DNA from: Spirochaetia bacterium
GTDB taxonomy: Bacteria > Spirochaetota > Spirochaetia > SP-2023
Direction: 5' to 3'
Length of the DNA stretch: 64,000 bases
Assembly (NCBI GenBank): GCA_965225855.1
Contig: CBDDCK010000005.1
Span: forward strand, 1,248,001 to 1,312,000
In this document: in pieces, positions 48,066 to 58,696 of the stretch
Position numbering within the stretch: the first letter of the stretch is position 1
How the letters are laid out: the number at the start of each line of letters is the position of its first letter
Program-made: the position numbers and the translations under genes
The notes under the pieces: generated by a model
What the model was told of the DNA's origin: nothing
The model's input: only the letters and a program-made list of their open reading frames with translations
The model's database searches: none

Positions 48066-50813
48066 ATGTATAAGCTCAAACTACTTTTATTGCCAGTAGC
48101 CTGGCTACTGGCCTTTATGGCCTTGGCCTGCGCCCCACCCGATGACGATGATCGATCTTCTGGGCCGTCTAAGCCGACTATCAATAACGCCATCTACGAC
48201 TTTGCTACGGCGCTGTTAACCGTACAAGGTACTGACTTAAGTCCTACAGAAGCCCAAATCCAAACCATCGTAGTAGATGGCGTAGCCTTAAGTTCCTATA
48301 CTGCAGATGCCAAACCCACTGGGCCAGATAATAGCAATCTGGCAAAAGGTAAGTACCGTATGAAAAGCGATGGCACAGCGATTTGGCTTAGACTTACCGA
48401 TCCACATAAAGCTGCTCTTCAGACCAAGGTGGGTATGAATACCAATGGTCTAAAAAAAGGGTTGCTTACTAGCTCTGGTGCTTGGGCGGGTTTAAATACA
48501 GCCAAAGACTTAACCGTTAGGAATGTACCCGATAAGCAGTCTAAAGTATCCGATGACAATCAGCCATCTAAGCAAACTGAAGACGAACAAGCTGAACAAG
48601 TCGAACAAGCTGAAGAGCAGTCGCCTGAAGCTGCAATTACCCGTGCAAGCTACCATGTTGGCACGGCGCTGCTAACTGTACAAGGTTCTAACTTAAGTCC
48701 TACAACTGCGACCCAAGCCCAAATCCAAACCATCAAAGTATATGACCTAGTCTTAAATTCTTATACTGCAGATGGCACAGCCACTGGGGCAGATAGTAGC
48801 AGTCTTGCAAAAGGTAAGTACCGTATTAAAAGCGATGGCACAGCGCTTTGGCTTTACCTTACCGATCGACATAAAACTACTCTGAATGGCAAGACAGGTA
48901 TGGATACCAATGGTCTAAAAGATGGGTTGCTTACTAGCACTGGTAGTTGGGCGGGTTTAAATACAGCCAAAGACTTAACCGTTAGTGGAAACCCCGAAAT
49001 TACCGGTGCAAGCTACCATGTTGGCACGGCTATCTTAACTGTACAAGGTTCTAACTTAAGTCCTACAGAAGCGCAAATCCAAACTATCGTGGTAGATGGC
49101 GTAGCTTTAGATTCCTATACTGCAGATGCCACAGCCACTGGGGCAGATAGTAGCAGTCTTGCAAAAGGTAAGTACCGTATTAAAAGCGATGGCACAGCCA
49201 TTTGGCTTTACCTTACCGATCGACATAAAACTACTCTGAATGGCAAGACAGGTATGGATACCAATGGTAGAAAAGTCGGGTTGCTTAGCGTTGGCACTGG
49301 TAGTTGGGCGGGTTTAAATACAGCCAAAGACTTAACCGTTAGTGGACACCCCGAAATTACCGGTGCAAGCTACCATGTTGGCACGGCTATCTTAACTGTA
49401 CAAGGTTCTAACTTAAGTCCTACAGAAGCGCAAATCCAAACCATCGTGGTAGATGGCGTAGCTTTAGATTCCTATACTGCAGATACCACAGCCACTGGGG
49501 CAGATAGTAGCAGTCTTGCAAAAGGTAAGTACCGTATTAAAAGCGATGGCACAAAGATTTGGCTTTACCTTACCGATCGACATAAAACTACTCTGAATGG
49601 CAAGACAGGTATGGATAGCAATGGTCTAAAAGATGGGTTGCTTACTAGCACTGGTACTTGGGCGGGTTTAAATACAGCCAAAGGCTTGGCCGTTAGTGGT
49701 AACCCCGCAATTACCGGTGCAAGCTACAATGTTGACACGGCGCTGTTAACTTTACAAGGTTCTAACTTAAGTCCTACCAGTGCGACCCAAGCCCAAATCC
49801 AAACCATCGTGGTAGCTGGCCTAGCCTTAGATTCCTATACTGCAGATTATGCCAAACCCACTGGTGAAAATATTCATTATTTATTAGAAAAAGGTAAGTA
49901 CCGCCTGCATAGCGCTGGCACAGCGCTTTGGCTGAAACTTACCGATCGACATAAAGCTACTCTGAATGGCAAGGACGGTATGGATAGCAATGGTCTAAAA
50001 GATGGGTTGCTTACTAGCACTGGCACTTGGGCGGGTTTAGATACAGCCAAAGCCTTGGCCGTTAGTGGTAACCCTGAAACTGCAATTACCCGTGCAAGCT
50101 ACAATGTTGGCACGGCGCTGTTAACTTTACAAGGTACTCTCTTAGCTAGTGCGACCCAACTGCAAATCCAAACTATCACGGTAGCTGGGGTAGCTTTAGA
50201 TTCCTATACTGCAGATGGTACAGCCACTGGGGCAGATAGTAGCAGTCTTGCAAAAGGTAAGTACCGCCTGCATAGCGCTGGCACAGCGCTTTGGCTTTAC
50301 CTTACCGATGACGATAAAGATGCTCTGAATGGCAAGACAGGTATGGATAGCAATGGTCTAAAAGATGGGTTGCTTAGCGTTGGCACTGGTACTTGGGCGG
50401 GTTTAAATACAGCCAAAGACTTGGCCGTTAGTGGTAACCCCGCCGCAATAGGCGATAGAAGTGAATACACACCTGCCTTGGGTTATTTAGAATTACAAGG
50501 TTCTAACTTATATGGTACTACCCAAGCCCAAATCCAAACCATCACGGTAGCTGGCGTACCCTTAGATTCCTATACTGCAGATGGCACAGCCACTGGTGAA
50601 AATGGTTATAATTTAATCAGTGGTAAGTACCGCATTAAAAACGATGGCACAAAGATTTGGATTCAACTTACCGGTGCCGATACAAATGCTATTAACGCCA
50701 AGCCTGATATGAATACGCCTGGTAAACAAGACGATAAGCTTAGCGTTGGCACTGGTGCTTGGGCGGGTTTAGATACACCGAAAGACTTGACCATCGATGA
50801 TTTTAGCCCATAA
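48066..50813 (+). CDS. Large surface lipoprotein with ~7 tandem ~120-aa beta-rich repeats
   Basis: Signal peptide ending ALAC; repeated ASYHVGTA.LTVQG...WAGLNTAKDL units. Confidence 0.9.
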   Translation: MYKLKLLLLPVAWLLAFMALACAPPDDDDRSSGPSKPTINNAIYDFATALLTVQGTDLSPTEAQIQTIVVDGVALSSYTADAKPTGPDNSNLAKGKYRMKSDGTAIWLRLTDPHKAALQTKVGMNTNGLKKGLLTSSGAWAGLNTAKDLTVRNVPDKQSKVSDDNQPSKQTEDEQAEQVEQAEEQSPEAAITRASYHVGTALLTVQGSNLSPTTATQAQIQTIKVYDLVLNSYTADGTATGADSSSLAKGKYRIKSDGTALWLYLTDRHKTTLNGKTGMDTNGLKDGLLTSTGSWAGLNTAKDLTVSGNPEITGASYHVGTAILTVQGSNLSPTEAQIQTIVVDGVALDSYTADATATGADSSSLAKGKYRIKSDGTAIWLYLTDRHKTTLNGKTGMDTNGRKVGLLSVGTGSWAGLNTAKDLTVSGHPEITGASYHVGTAILTVQGSNLSPTEAQIQTIVVDGVALDSYTADTTATGADSSSLAKGKYRIKSDGTKIWLYLTDRHKTTLNGKTGMDSNGLKDGLLTSTGTWAGLNTAKGLAVSGNPAITGASYNVDTALLTLQGSNLSPTSATQAQIQTIVVAGLALDSYTADYAKPTGENIHYLLEKGKYRLHSAGTALWLKLTDRHKATLNGKDGMDSNGLKDGLLTSTGTWAGLDTAKALAVSGNPETAITRASYNVGTALLTLQGTLLASATQLQIQTITVAGVALDSYTADGTATGADSSSLAKGKYRLHSAGTALWLYLTDDDKDALNGKTGMDSNGLKDGLLSVGTGTWAGLNTAKDLAVSGNPAAIGDRSEYTPALGYLELQGSNLYGTTQAQIQTITVAGVPLDSYTADGTATGENGYNLISGKYRIKNDGTKIWIQLTGADTNAINAKPDMNTPGKQDDKLSVGTGAWAGLDTPKDLTIDDFSP

Positions 50814-51019
50814 GTACATGCGGTAAGCAATGCTTGGTTGTTGCAGCCTTGGTAAGTTTTTTAGCAAGGTTGCTTTTACCAATTGTATCCTTGGTATGGA
50901 GAAAATACCAAGGCTATAAAAAATTTATTAAGGCTGTAAACTTTTTTTAGTAATAGCTTTGCACAAAAGCTTTGAACAAACCCCTTACAATAATTATTAC
51001 CAGAACGTTGCCATAACAA

Positions 51020-51100
51020 TTAAGAGAGTCTCTTAATGCCCAACAAGAGAGCCTCTTAATGCCTAATAAGAGATTCTCTTAATAAGAGACCTTCTTAATA
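51020..51100. repeat. Four copies of the palindromic AAGAGAnnCTCTTAAT-like motif
   Basis: Seen directly downstream of the lipoprotein gene. Confidence 0.7.
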
Positions 51101-51328
51101 ACTAACAAGAATTTTTTGTAACAAGATAAACTTTGGCCAAGTCTTGCTTGCCTTTTGGGTGGGGCAAAAACTTGGCTTTATTTTAAATTACCATTAATGA
51201 ACTAATCCAATGGACAATTTAAGATGAGGTAAAAGAGATTCTAAGACAGTTGAGCCTATCTCAAGCCGAGACTCAAAAAAGGTTATGATAAGAGCTTTTG
51301 CTATTAAAAATGGCATTAGCAGTAATCT

Positions 51329-52591
51329 TTATTCATGAAAACGAGAAAATATTATTATAGCGTTCTGGCCACCAAAACCAAAATTATTGGACATAATATT
51401 TTCGATAGCAATATCTTGGCGTGTTTCTTTTATAATATTTAAACCAATTTCTGGGTCTTGCTGCTCACAGTTGATACTCGGATGAACAATGTTTTCTTCA
51501 AAAGCGAGCAATGTAGCAATGGCTTCAATAGCTCCCGATGCACCAATCGTATGGCCAGTCATTGATTTTGTACTGTGCACAGGTATCGTTTGGGCTATCG
51601 GGCCAAAGACTTGATGAATTGCTTTTGCTTCTGCTATATCTCCCAATTGGGTAGACGTACCGTGAGCATTAATTAAATGAATGTCTGCTGGGTTTAGTTG
51701 AGCTTGTTGCAAAGCTTGCTTCATTGCATAGGAAGTACTGCGCCCTTCTGGGTGAGGGGCAACCAAATCATAGGCATCGGCCGAAAAACCGTAGCCAGCA
51801 ACTTCAGCATAAATTTTGGCTTTGCGTTGTTTCGCATGCTCTAGCTCTTCCAAACATAAAGCACCGGCACCATTGCTAATAACAAAACCACTACGCTGCA
51901 AATCAAACGGCCTACTGGCTAATTTAGGCTGTTCGTTGTAATGCGTTGTCAAAGCCCCAAGATTGCCAAAAGCCCCTACACCCGATGAACTTAAACTCGC
52001 TTCTGTTCCTCCTGCAAACATCACATCAGCTAGGCCAGACTCTATCATCATGCAGCAAAGCCCAATACTATGGCTTGAGCTGGCGCAAGCCGAAACGGGG
52101 GCAAAATTGGGCCCACACAAACCATAACTCTGAGCAAAAAAACCGGTTGCGGTATTCGGAATTACATTCAAAACATATAGTGGCGAAATACTAGCTACCC
52201 CTTGCTTTTGGAAGTACGATTGATTGCGCTCATGGCTATTTAAGCCACCTTCGCCCGAACCTAAAAGCGCACCCACACGGAATGGGTCTTCCTTGGACAT
52301 CTCAAGCCCCGAATCCATCATAGCTTGGCTTGCGGCAATTTGCATATATATCGTAAACTCGTCTAACCGTTTAAGCCATTTTCTATAGAGGCCAAAACTC
52401 TCACAAGCATTTTCCGGTACGGGGAAATAGCCCCCAATCCTAACACTATAATCTTCTAAAGCAGGAAATATGGTAGAAAGGTCGATAATACCACTTTCCC
52501 CTTGAGCAAGGTTCTGCCAAAAGCTGGGCACATCATTGCCAAGAGGATTGATTGTACCGATTCCTGTTACAACGATTGTTCTATTTTTCAT
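51329..52591 (-). CDS. fabF: 3-oxoacyl-ACP synthase II
   Basis: VVTGIG, SACAS, NAHGTST, GH..GA.G, NNFGFGGQN. Confidence 0.95.
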   Translation of the reverse strand: MKNRTIVVTGIGTINPLGNDVPSFWQNLAQGESGIIDLSTIFPALEDYSVRIGGYFPVPENACESFGLYRKWLKRLDEFTIYMQIAASQAMMDSGLEMSKEDPFRVGALLGSGEGGLNSHERNQSYFQKQGVASISPLYVLNVIPNTATGFFAQSYGLCGPNFAPVSACASSSHSIGLCCMMIESGLADVMFAGGTEASLSSSGVGAFGNLGALTTHYNEQPKLASRPFDLQRSGFVISNGAGALCLEELEHAKQRKAKIYAEVAGYGFSADAYDLVAPHPEGRSTSYAMKQALQQAQLNPADIHLINAHGTSTQLGDIAEAKAIHQVFGPIAQTIPVHSTKSMTGHTIGASGAIEAIATLLAFEENIVHPSINCEQQDPEIGLNIIKETRQDIAIENIMSNNFGFGGQNAIIIFSRFHE

Positions 52592-52911
52592 ATATCATCT
52601 TCTATTTTGCAATTACTGTTGCGTGCGATTACTATCCTAGGAGTTGTATTTTTACCACAAAATTATCATTATTTCTAACTTTTTAATTCGCAATATTGAT
52701 AGAATCTAAACGAATACGAATATTTTGTAAATCAAAATTGATTTCGACACCAATATTCGGATGAAAAGTTAATATATTCAAAATAAAGTTTGCCTCTTCC
52801 CCCAAGGGCAAAGTAAATGGCGTATACTTTACTATATCTGGATGAGTATTAAATACATCAAGACACCGCCAACCTTTAAGTAACAAAAGAAGCCTATATG
52901 GCACCATAAAT

Positions 52912-55900
52912 TGATGCAGGACCTGATAACTCGATTTTTTTCTACTTTCCAGAATGGGTATTTTGCCCAATAGCTACTTGAAGTACCACTTGACACAATT
53001 TGCAATTGTTGTTCTCTTTGCCACCAAATGTTGTGCCGGTACAACATTTCAAAAGGGCAACCAGTTCCCCTTTTGAATCAACCAATTCATAACGAGTATC
53101 TATATTCCACTGCGCTGGCAGCAAGTCCTCTAGTATTTTTACTTCTGCTCTTGTATTTTGGTATGTTGTTCTTTCGGCTATTGTGGTATGTATAGCCGAT
53201 TCATTTGGCCAAAGCCTTTTGCCACAACTGTAACAATAAAACGACTTGCGTGCAAATTTACTTACTTTTTAGATAGTTACCCAGACTATCAAATCTGGGT
53301 AACTATCTAAACTCTAGCAGCGTTGCTGTACTGCACTCATAACCACCTTACAGCACCGCTGCTAGCCGTCTAAAGCCTGTAATTCGGCTTCCAAACTTTT
53401 TGTTCTTTTTAGCTTGGTTGTTCCAGCCTTTGGCTATATTGGCTTCCCGTATTTACCAAGGCTGAAACAACCAAGCATTGCTTACAGCAATAACAAAACC
53501 CTACTTAATAATTTACAACTTGAATAGCATTGGTTGGGTATGCTAAACCACCCATTACAAATCCTGCTGCTACTTCAAGGTTGTATGCACCATTATTATC
53601 ACGAAGACCAACCTTAACCAGTATCTTCTCGGCTTCCGCTCTTACACTACCGCTTAAAGTAATAAATAATCTGCGTCTATTTACCCCCATAGAACCTGTG
53701 GCTGTGTTTTCACCTGCAGTTGCGTGCTGGGGTAATGTGTATCTCTTATTACCATCACCGGATACAAGCGTCAATTTGCTAAAGTCCCACTCTGCAACTA
53801 CTCTCGGTAAATTGGCACCCTCAATCGATAATATGCCTTCAATAATAGAGTAGAGTACGGTGTTGATTTTGACTACATACCCACTAACGGTAATAGGGTT
53901 ATTGCTTGTGTCTTCAGCGCTACCACCTGCAAATCCTGCTGCTGCTTCCAGGTTGTATGCACCATTATCATCACTTTCACCATTCTTAACCAGTATAGCA
54001 TCGGCGTTCCTTTTTTCACCACCCTTTAAAGTAATCGTTAAGCTTGTTGCACTTGCTGCAGAACCTTTGGCAAAGTGTGTAGTTGAAGCTGGGCTGTGTG
54101 CTCTTAATGGGACACTCTTACGACCATTACCTGCAACAAACCTCAATTTGGTGAAGTCCCAGCCCCACACTGTTGACGGTAAATTGACACCTGTAATCAC
54201 TAACACACTTGTAGCAACATTGTAGGTTGCACGGGTAATTGCGGGGTTACCACTAACGGCCAAGGCTTTGGCTGTATCTAAACCCGCCCAAGCACCAGTG
54301 CCAACGCTAAGTAACCCATCTTTTAGACCATTGCTATCCATACCGTCCTTGCCATTCAGAGTAGCTTTATCGTCATCGGTAAGTTTCAGCCAAAGCGCTG
54401 TGCCATCTCTTTTGAGGCGGTACTTACCTTTTACAAGACCGCGATTATCTGGCCCAGTGTCATCGTCATCTGTAGTATAGGAACTTAAGGCTAAGCCATC
54501 TACCACGATGGTTTGGATTTGGGCTTGGGTCGCACTACCTAAGTCAGTACCTTGTACGGTTAACAGCGCCGTGCCAACATGGTAGCTTGCACCGGTAATT
54601 GCGGCTTCAGGCGAATCCTCTTCGACTTGTTCGACTTGTTCGGCTTTAGGTTGCTTAGGCGACTCTTCTTCAGCTTGTTCGACTTGTTCGACTTGTTCGG
54701 CTTTAGGTTGCTTAGGCAACTGCTTATCTTCGGTTTGCTTAAGCGACTGCTCTTCGGTTTCGGTCTTAGACTGCTGATCTTCGACTTCTTCGGTTTGTTC
54801 AGCTTCTTCAGTTTGCTTAGATGGCTGATTGTCATCGGATACTTTAGACTGCTTATTTTCGGGTACATTACTAACTTCCAAGTCTTTGGCTGTATTTAAA
54901 CCCGCCCAAGCACCAGAGCTAGTAAGCAACCCTTTTTTTAGACCATTGCTACCCACCTTGCCATTCAGAGCAGCTTTATGTGGATCGGTAAGTCTAAGCC
55001 AAAGCGCTGTGCCATCATTTGCAATACGGTACTTACCTTTTTCAAGACCACGACTATCTGGCCCAGTGGCTGGGTCATCTGCAGTATAGGAACTGAAGGC
55101 TACACCATTTGTTCGGCTTCCTACCACGATGGTTTGGATTTGGGCTTCTGTAGGACTTAAGTTAGTGCCTTGTATGGTTAACAGAGCCTTGCCAACATCG
55201 TAGATGGCGTTATTGATAGTCGGCCCAGAAGACGGCGCATCATCGTCATCGGGTGGGGCGCAGGCCAAGGCCATAAAGGCCAGTAGCCAGGCTACAGGCA
55301 ATAAAAGTAGTTTGAGCTTATACATAAGCAATACCTCCAAAAATGGATAAAGATTAACCAACCCATACGGGCTAGTGTGTAAATCCCTATTTTGTTAGGG
55401 GGGGTGTTGCGTCAAGGCCCATACAAGCTTTTTGTAAGCTTTTTATAAGTTTTTTTGTGCTTTTTTTATGTGTTGGCACTTTTTTTGTGTCTTAGTGTTG
55501 TGTGTTAGTGTTGTAAGGTGGTTCAAAATCCATGCCAATCAAAAGGCTTGAGATACCTTGGGTAAAAATTTGTAATACGCTAGACGCAGTCCGGGTGTTG
55601 CGTTTCGTATGATCGTACGAAACATCATGGCACAAAGTATAAGAATTTGGTATAAGAATTTGAGTTTTTTGTATCGCAGTACAGCCCAGTTTTTAGCAAA
55701 CATATTATGATTTTTTTAGAGACTGCCACAGTCTCATTGGAAAATCCCTAGGTTGCCAATCAAAAAAGCTAGTAAGGTTTTCAGTCAAAACCTTACTAGC
55801 TTTTTTCAGAAATCTTACTAGCTTTTTGAGACCGTGGCCCGTTACCATGATATTTTGAAAGCATATTGTTGCCGACAATGACCCATATGCCGAAAAACAA

Positions 55901-56074
55901 AAATTTTTTACTTTTTCCATTTGTGGATTCAGCCGAAAGGCACAAAAAAGCGGTGCATGGTTTGGTTATCCTAGCACCGCTTTGGCTTTTTGAAGTTTTG
56001 AGCGTTTTTGCTCTGGTTTGGTGTTAAAAATGGATTCTGGCTTTTTCTCGTGCAATGAAAATTTTTTTACTTTT
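52912..56074 (-). mobile_element. Mini-Mu derivative carrying a lipoprotein gene
   Basis: 52912-53226 is the reverse complement of prophage 45420-45766; 55918-56074 is the reverse complement of ~9792-9950. Confidence 0.75.
53505..55325 (-). CDS. Surface lipoprotein, paralog of 48066-50813 with different C-terminal repeats
   Basis: Identical signal peptide; shared repeats, E/Q/K-rich linker, two distinct WDF.KL repeats. Confidence 0.9.
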   Translation of the reverse strand: MYKLKLLLLPVAWLLAFMALACAPPDDDDAPSSGPTINNAIYDVGKALLTIQGTNLSPTEAQIQTIVVGSRTNGVAFSSYTADDPATGPDSRGLEKGKYRIANDGTALWLRLTDPHKAALNGKVGSNGLKKGLLTSSGAWAGLNTAKDLEVSNVPENKQSKVSDDNQPSKQTEEAEQTEEVEDQQSKTETEEQSLKQTEDKQLPKQPKAEQVEQVEQAEEESPKQPKAEQVEQVEEDSPEAAITGASYHVGTALLTVQGTDLGSATQAQIQTIVVDGLALSSYTTDDDDTGPDNRGLVKGKYRLKRDGTALWLKLTDDDKATLNGKDGMDSNGLKDGLLSVGTGAWAGLDTAKALAVSGNPAITRATYNVATSVLVITGVNLPSTVWGWDFTKLRFVAGNGRKSVPLRAHSPASTTHFAKGSAASATSLTITLKGGEKRNADAILVKNGESDDNGAYNLEAAAGFAGGSAEDTSNNPITVSGYVVKINTVLYSIIEGILSIEGANLPRVVAEWDFSKLTLVSGDGNKRYTLPQHATAGENTATGSMGVNRRRLFITLSGSVRAEAEKILVKVGLRDNNGAYNLEVAAGFVMGGLAYPTNAIQVVNY

Positions 56075-56186
56075 AATACTGTAGGAAGGAAAAATAAGAA
56101 AATTATTAATAGAAAAGAAAAACGAAGACTCGGCTGCAATTTAATCATTTTGGTAAGCAGTATGCCATAATCATACTGCCAAATTT

Positions 56187-56759
56187 TTAATCAACAAAAT
56201 AAACTTCTAGCGCACAAACCATCGCAACTTGATCACCTACCAATAGTTGGCCAAGTACTTTCGCAAAAATTCCATCGCTTTCACCCAATTGGCAAGCCTG
56301 TAATATTGCAGTTTTGCCGGGCATTACTGGAAGTAAATAATGGGCTCCTAATATTTTACTAGCTCGAATATTGAGATATTGCATTTCTTGAGGCGCAAAG
56401 ATCGGCTGATTGGTTTTATGCAACTTCTGAAAGTAAGCTAAACATAAAGCTAATTGCCCCAGCATTTCAACCTGTAAAACTCCGGGGTAAACAGGGTTGC
56501 CAGGAAAGTGCCCGGCAAAAACCCAATCATCTGGGCTTAAATAGCTTTGCCCCAATAACAACCCTGGAGGACTTTCATCTAAACCAACAGGAGCAAAACG
56601 CCGCAATTCTTGACACAACAAAAATGGACTGCGGTGTGGTAACAATTTAGATAGCTCTAACTCACCCCAATTAAATTCTTGATATTCCAACTCATCGGAT
56701 ACCAAAGACCAAAGAGACTTTTTACGCCACCGGCGCAACAAATTTTCAATTGTATCCAT
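56187..56759 (-). CDS. FabA/FabZ-like hydroxyacyl-ACP dehydratase
   Basis: LPHR.PFL, F.GHFPGNPVYPGVL..E...Q. Confidence 0.85.
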   Translation of the reverse strand: MDTIENLLRRWRKKSLWSLVSDELEYQEFNWGELELSKLLPHRSPFLLCQELRRFAPVGLDESPPGLLLGQSYLSPDDWVFAGHFPGNPVYPGVLQVEMLGQLALCLAYFQKLHKTNQPIFAPQEMQYLNIRASKILGAHYLLPVMPGKTAILQACQLGESDGIFAKVLGQLLVGDQVAMVCALEVYFVD

Positions 56760-56760
56760 T

Positions 56761-57795
56761 TCAGATAATCTGATATTCTCGCGCTGTATCTCGAATATTC
56801 TGAACAAAACATTGTTTTCTCTCTTCTGCCATAAAACTCATCATCACATTGTTTTCCATAATGCGCAGCAACTCAACTACTTCAAAACCACAATCCTCAA
56901 CCAGGACATGATATTCATGGCAAAGCTCTGAATAAAACAACATAGGATCATCGGAATTAATTGTCAGTGGTATTCCTTCATCATAAAACAGACGAACAGG
57001 ATGATCAGCAGCTTTAGAAACAAAACGTTTGGTAAACAGATTACTGGTTAAGCAAATCTCCAAAGGAATTTGCCGTTGCCGCAGCTCATTACGCAATTTA
57101 GGGTCTTCCATTGCACTAAGACCATGGCCAATACGCTCCGCATTCAACAAATCAATACTATCCCAAATGGATTGCGAACCAACATCTTCTCCTGCATGAG
57201 CAACGCAGTGAAGATTATGTTTCTTCGCCTTGGCAAAAACTTCTTGATATTTTGAAGCAGGACCTACTTTTTCTGCCCCGCCCAAACCAATGCCAATAAT
57301 GGCTGAACGCGGATGGGACAAAACATGATCTAAATTCCTCATCGCATTTTGAGGGCCAAAGCTTCTCGACACATCGATCAAAAATTGACAGTTATAACCT
57401 TGGGCAGCTAACTCTGTTGCTCCTTCGTCCAAAATATCGGCAATATCTGCATAATTAGCACCATCTAATAACAATCGAGAAGGAGAAAAAAACAATTCAG
57501 CATAGCGTACATTATTTCTTTCTAAATAATCTTTCAGATCAACAAAATAATATTTTAGGTCTTCTACTTTACAAACGCATTTTTGTAAAACATTTAGAAA
57601 AAAAGAAATAAACTCATCTAAACTCTCGATATAATAAAGCTTTGATAAATCCTCTTTAGAGGAAACCCCTTCAATTTCCACATTATTTTTCTGATATAGT
57701 TTCCACAAAGTATCTAATTGAATGCAGCCTTCTATATGTAGGTGTATTTCTGCTTTAATAACTCTTTCTATAAACTTTTCTAGTTTTTCCTGCAT
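56761..57795 (-). CDS. add: Adenosine/adenine deaminase
   Basis: KAEIHLHIEG, HAGE, RIGHG, NSDDP. Confidence 0.9.
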   Translation of the reverse strand: MQEKLEKFIERVIKAEIHLHIEGCIQLDTLWKLYQKNNVEIEGVSSKEDLSKLYYIESLDEFISFFLNVLQKCVCKVEDLKYYFVDLKDYLERNNVRYAELFFSPSRLLLDGANYADIADILDEGATELAAQGYNCQFLIDVSRSFGPQNAMRNLDHVLSHPRSAIIGIGLGGAEKVGPASKYQEVFAKAKKHNLHCVAHAGEDVGSQSIWDSIDLLNAERIGHGLSAMEDPKLRNELRQRQIPLEICLTSNLFTKRFVSKAADHPVRLFYDEGIPLTINSDDPMLFYSELCHEYHVLVEDCGFEVVELLRIMENNVMMSFMAEERKQCFVQNIRDTAREYQII

Positions 57796-57833
57796 TACCT
57801 ATTCATTCCTTTACTAAAATTTCAAAAAGAACA

Positions 57834-58475
57834 TTATTTATCAAGCATTTTTTCAACAATATCGCTAATGGTTTTCTGAACTGCTAAGCGCTCTGTATAC
57901 TGAACTAAATATGAAGAATTTTGGCTTGGAACACTAATCAATATTGTGGGCACTCCCGTAACCATTGGGTAATTTACAAGCAATTCTTTCATTTCTTTCA
58001 ACTTGTCTTCAACCAATGAAGAATCAAACATGTTCACAAAACCTTGCTCCTCAATACCATAACGCTGCTGAAACCATTGAGCCACAGCGTTTATATCAGA
58101 AACATATTTCGCACTATCTTCCCCTTGACGAGCTTCGTAATAATTGGCCAGCAACCCATCATTGGCAATGCCTAATTGTTCCATGGTTAAATAAACGCGC
58201 GCATCAAAAATCCAATTTTCAAATGTAGCTGGGATACTCCTAAATTCAATTCTATTAGCAAATTGTCTTTTTAGATCTACCCAATTCTTATGGAAATATC
58301 GGCAATGATTACAACCCAACCAAAAAAACTCTAGCACTTCAATTTTATCGGTTTTTATCAATCGATGTTTGGTCTGGATTTTTTTCACTCCACGCGGGAG
58401 TTTTTCTTCGGCACGATTGCAAGATGACAACAAACTAAATAATAAAATGCACAAAATTAGCATTTTTTTTTGCAT
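57834..58475 (-). CDS. DsbA-like thiol:disulfide oxidoreductase (lipoprotein)
   Basis: EFFW.GCNHC and GVPT; lipobox LSSC. Confidence 0.85.
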   Translation of the reverse strand: MQKKMLILCILLFSLLSSCNRAEEKLPRGVKKIQTKHRLIKTDKIEVLEFFWLGCNHCRYFHKNWVDLKRQFANRIEFRSIPATFENWIFDARVYLTMEQLGIANDGLLANYYEARQGEDSAKYVSDINAVAQWFQQRYGIEEQGFVNMFDSSLVEDKLKEMKELLVNYPMVTGVPTILISVPSQNSSYLVQYTERLAVQKTISDIVEKMLDK

Positions 58476-58696
58476 CTAATTACTCCTATTAAATAGTAAA
58501 TTTATTGCCATACATTACTAGCTATTGCCAATATCCATAAAGCTCGGCAACAATTATCGCATATTAATGATGAACATACAAGCCTTTAAAATCTAATTTT
58601 CTCGAAAGCCCCTGCAGGCTATAATTCCTGAAAAACCGAGTTGCCATTGATTTATAAGTTTGCATACGAATTGATATAATTTGACTTATTGGCTAT

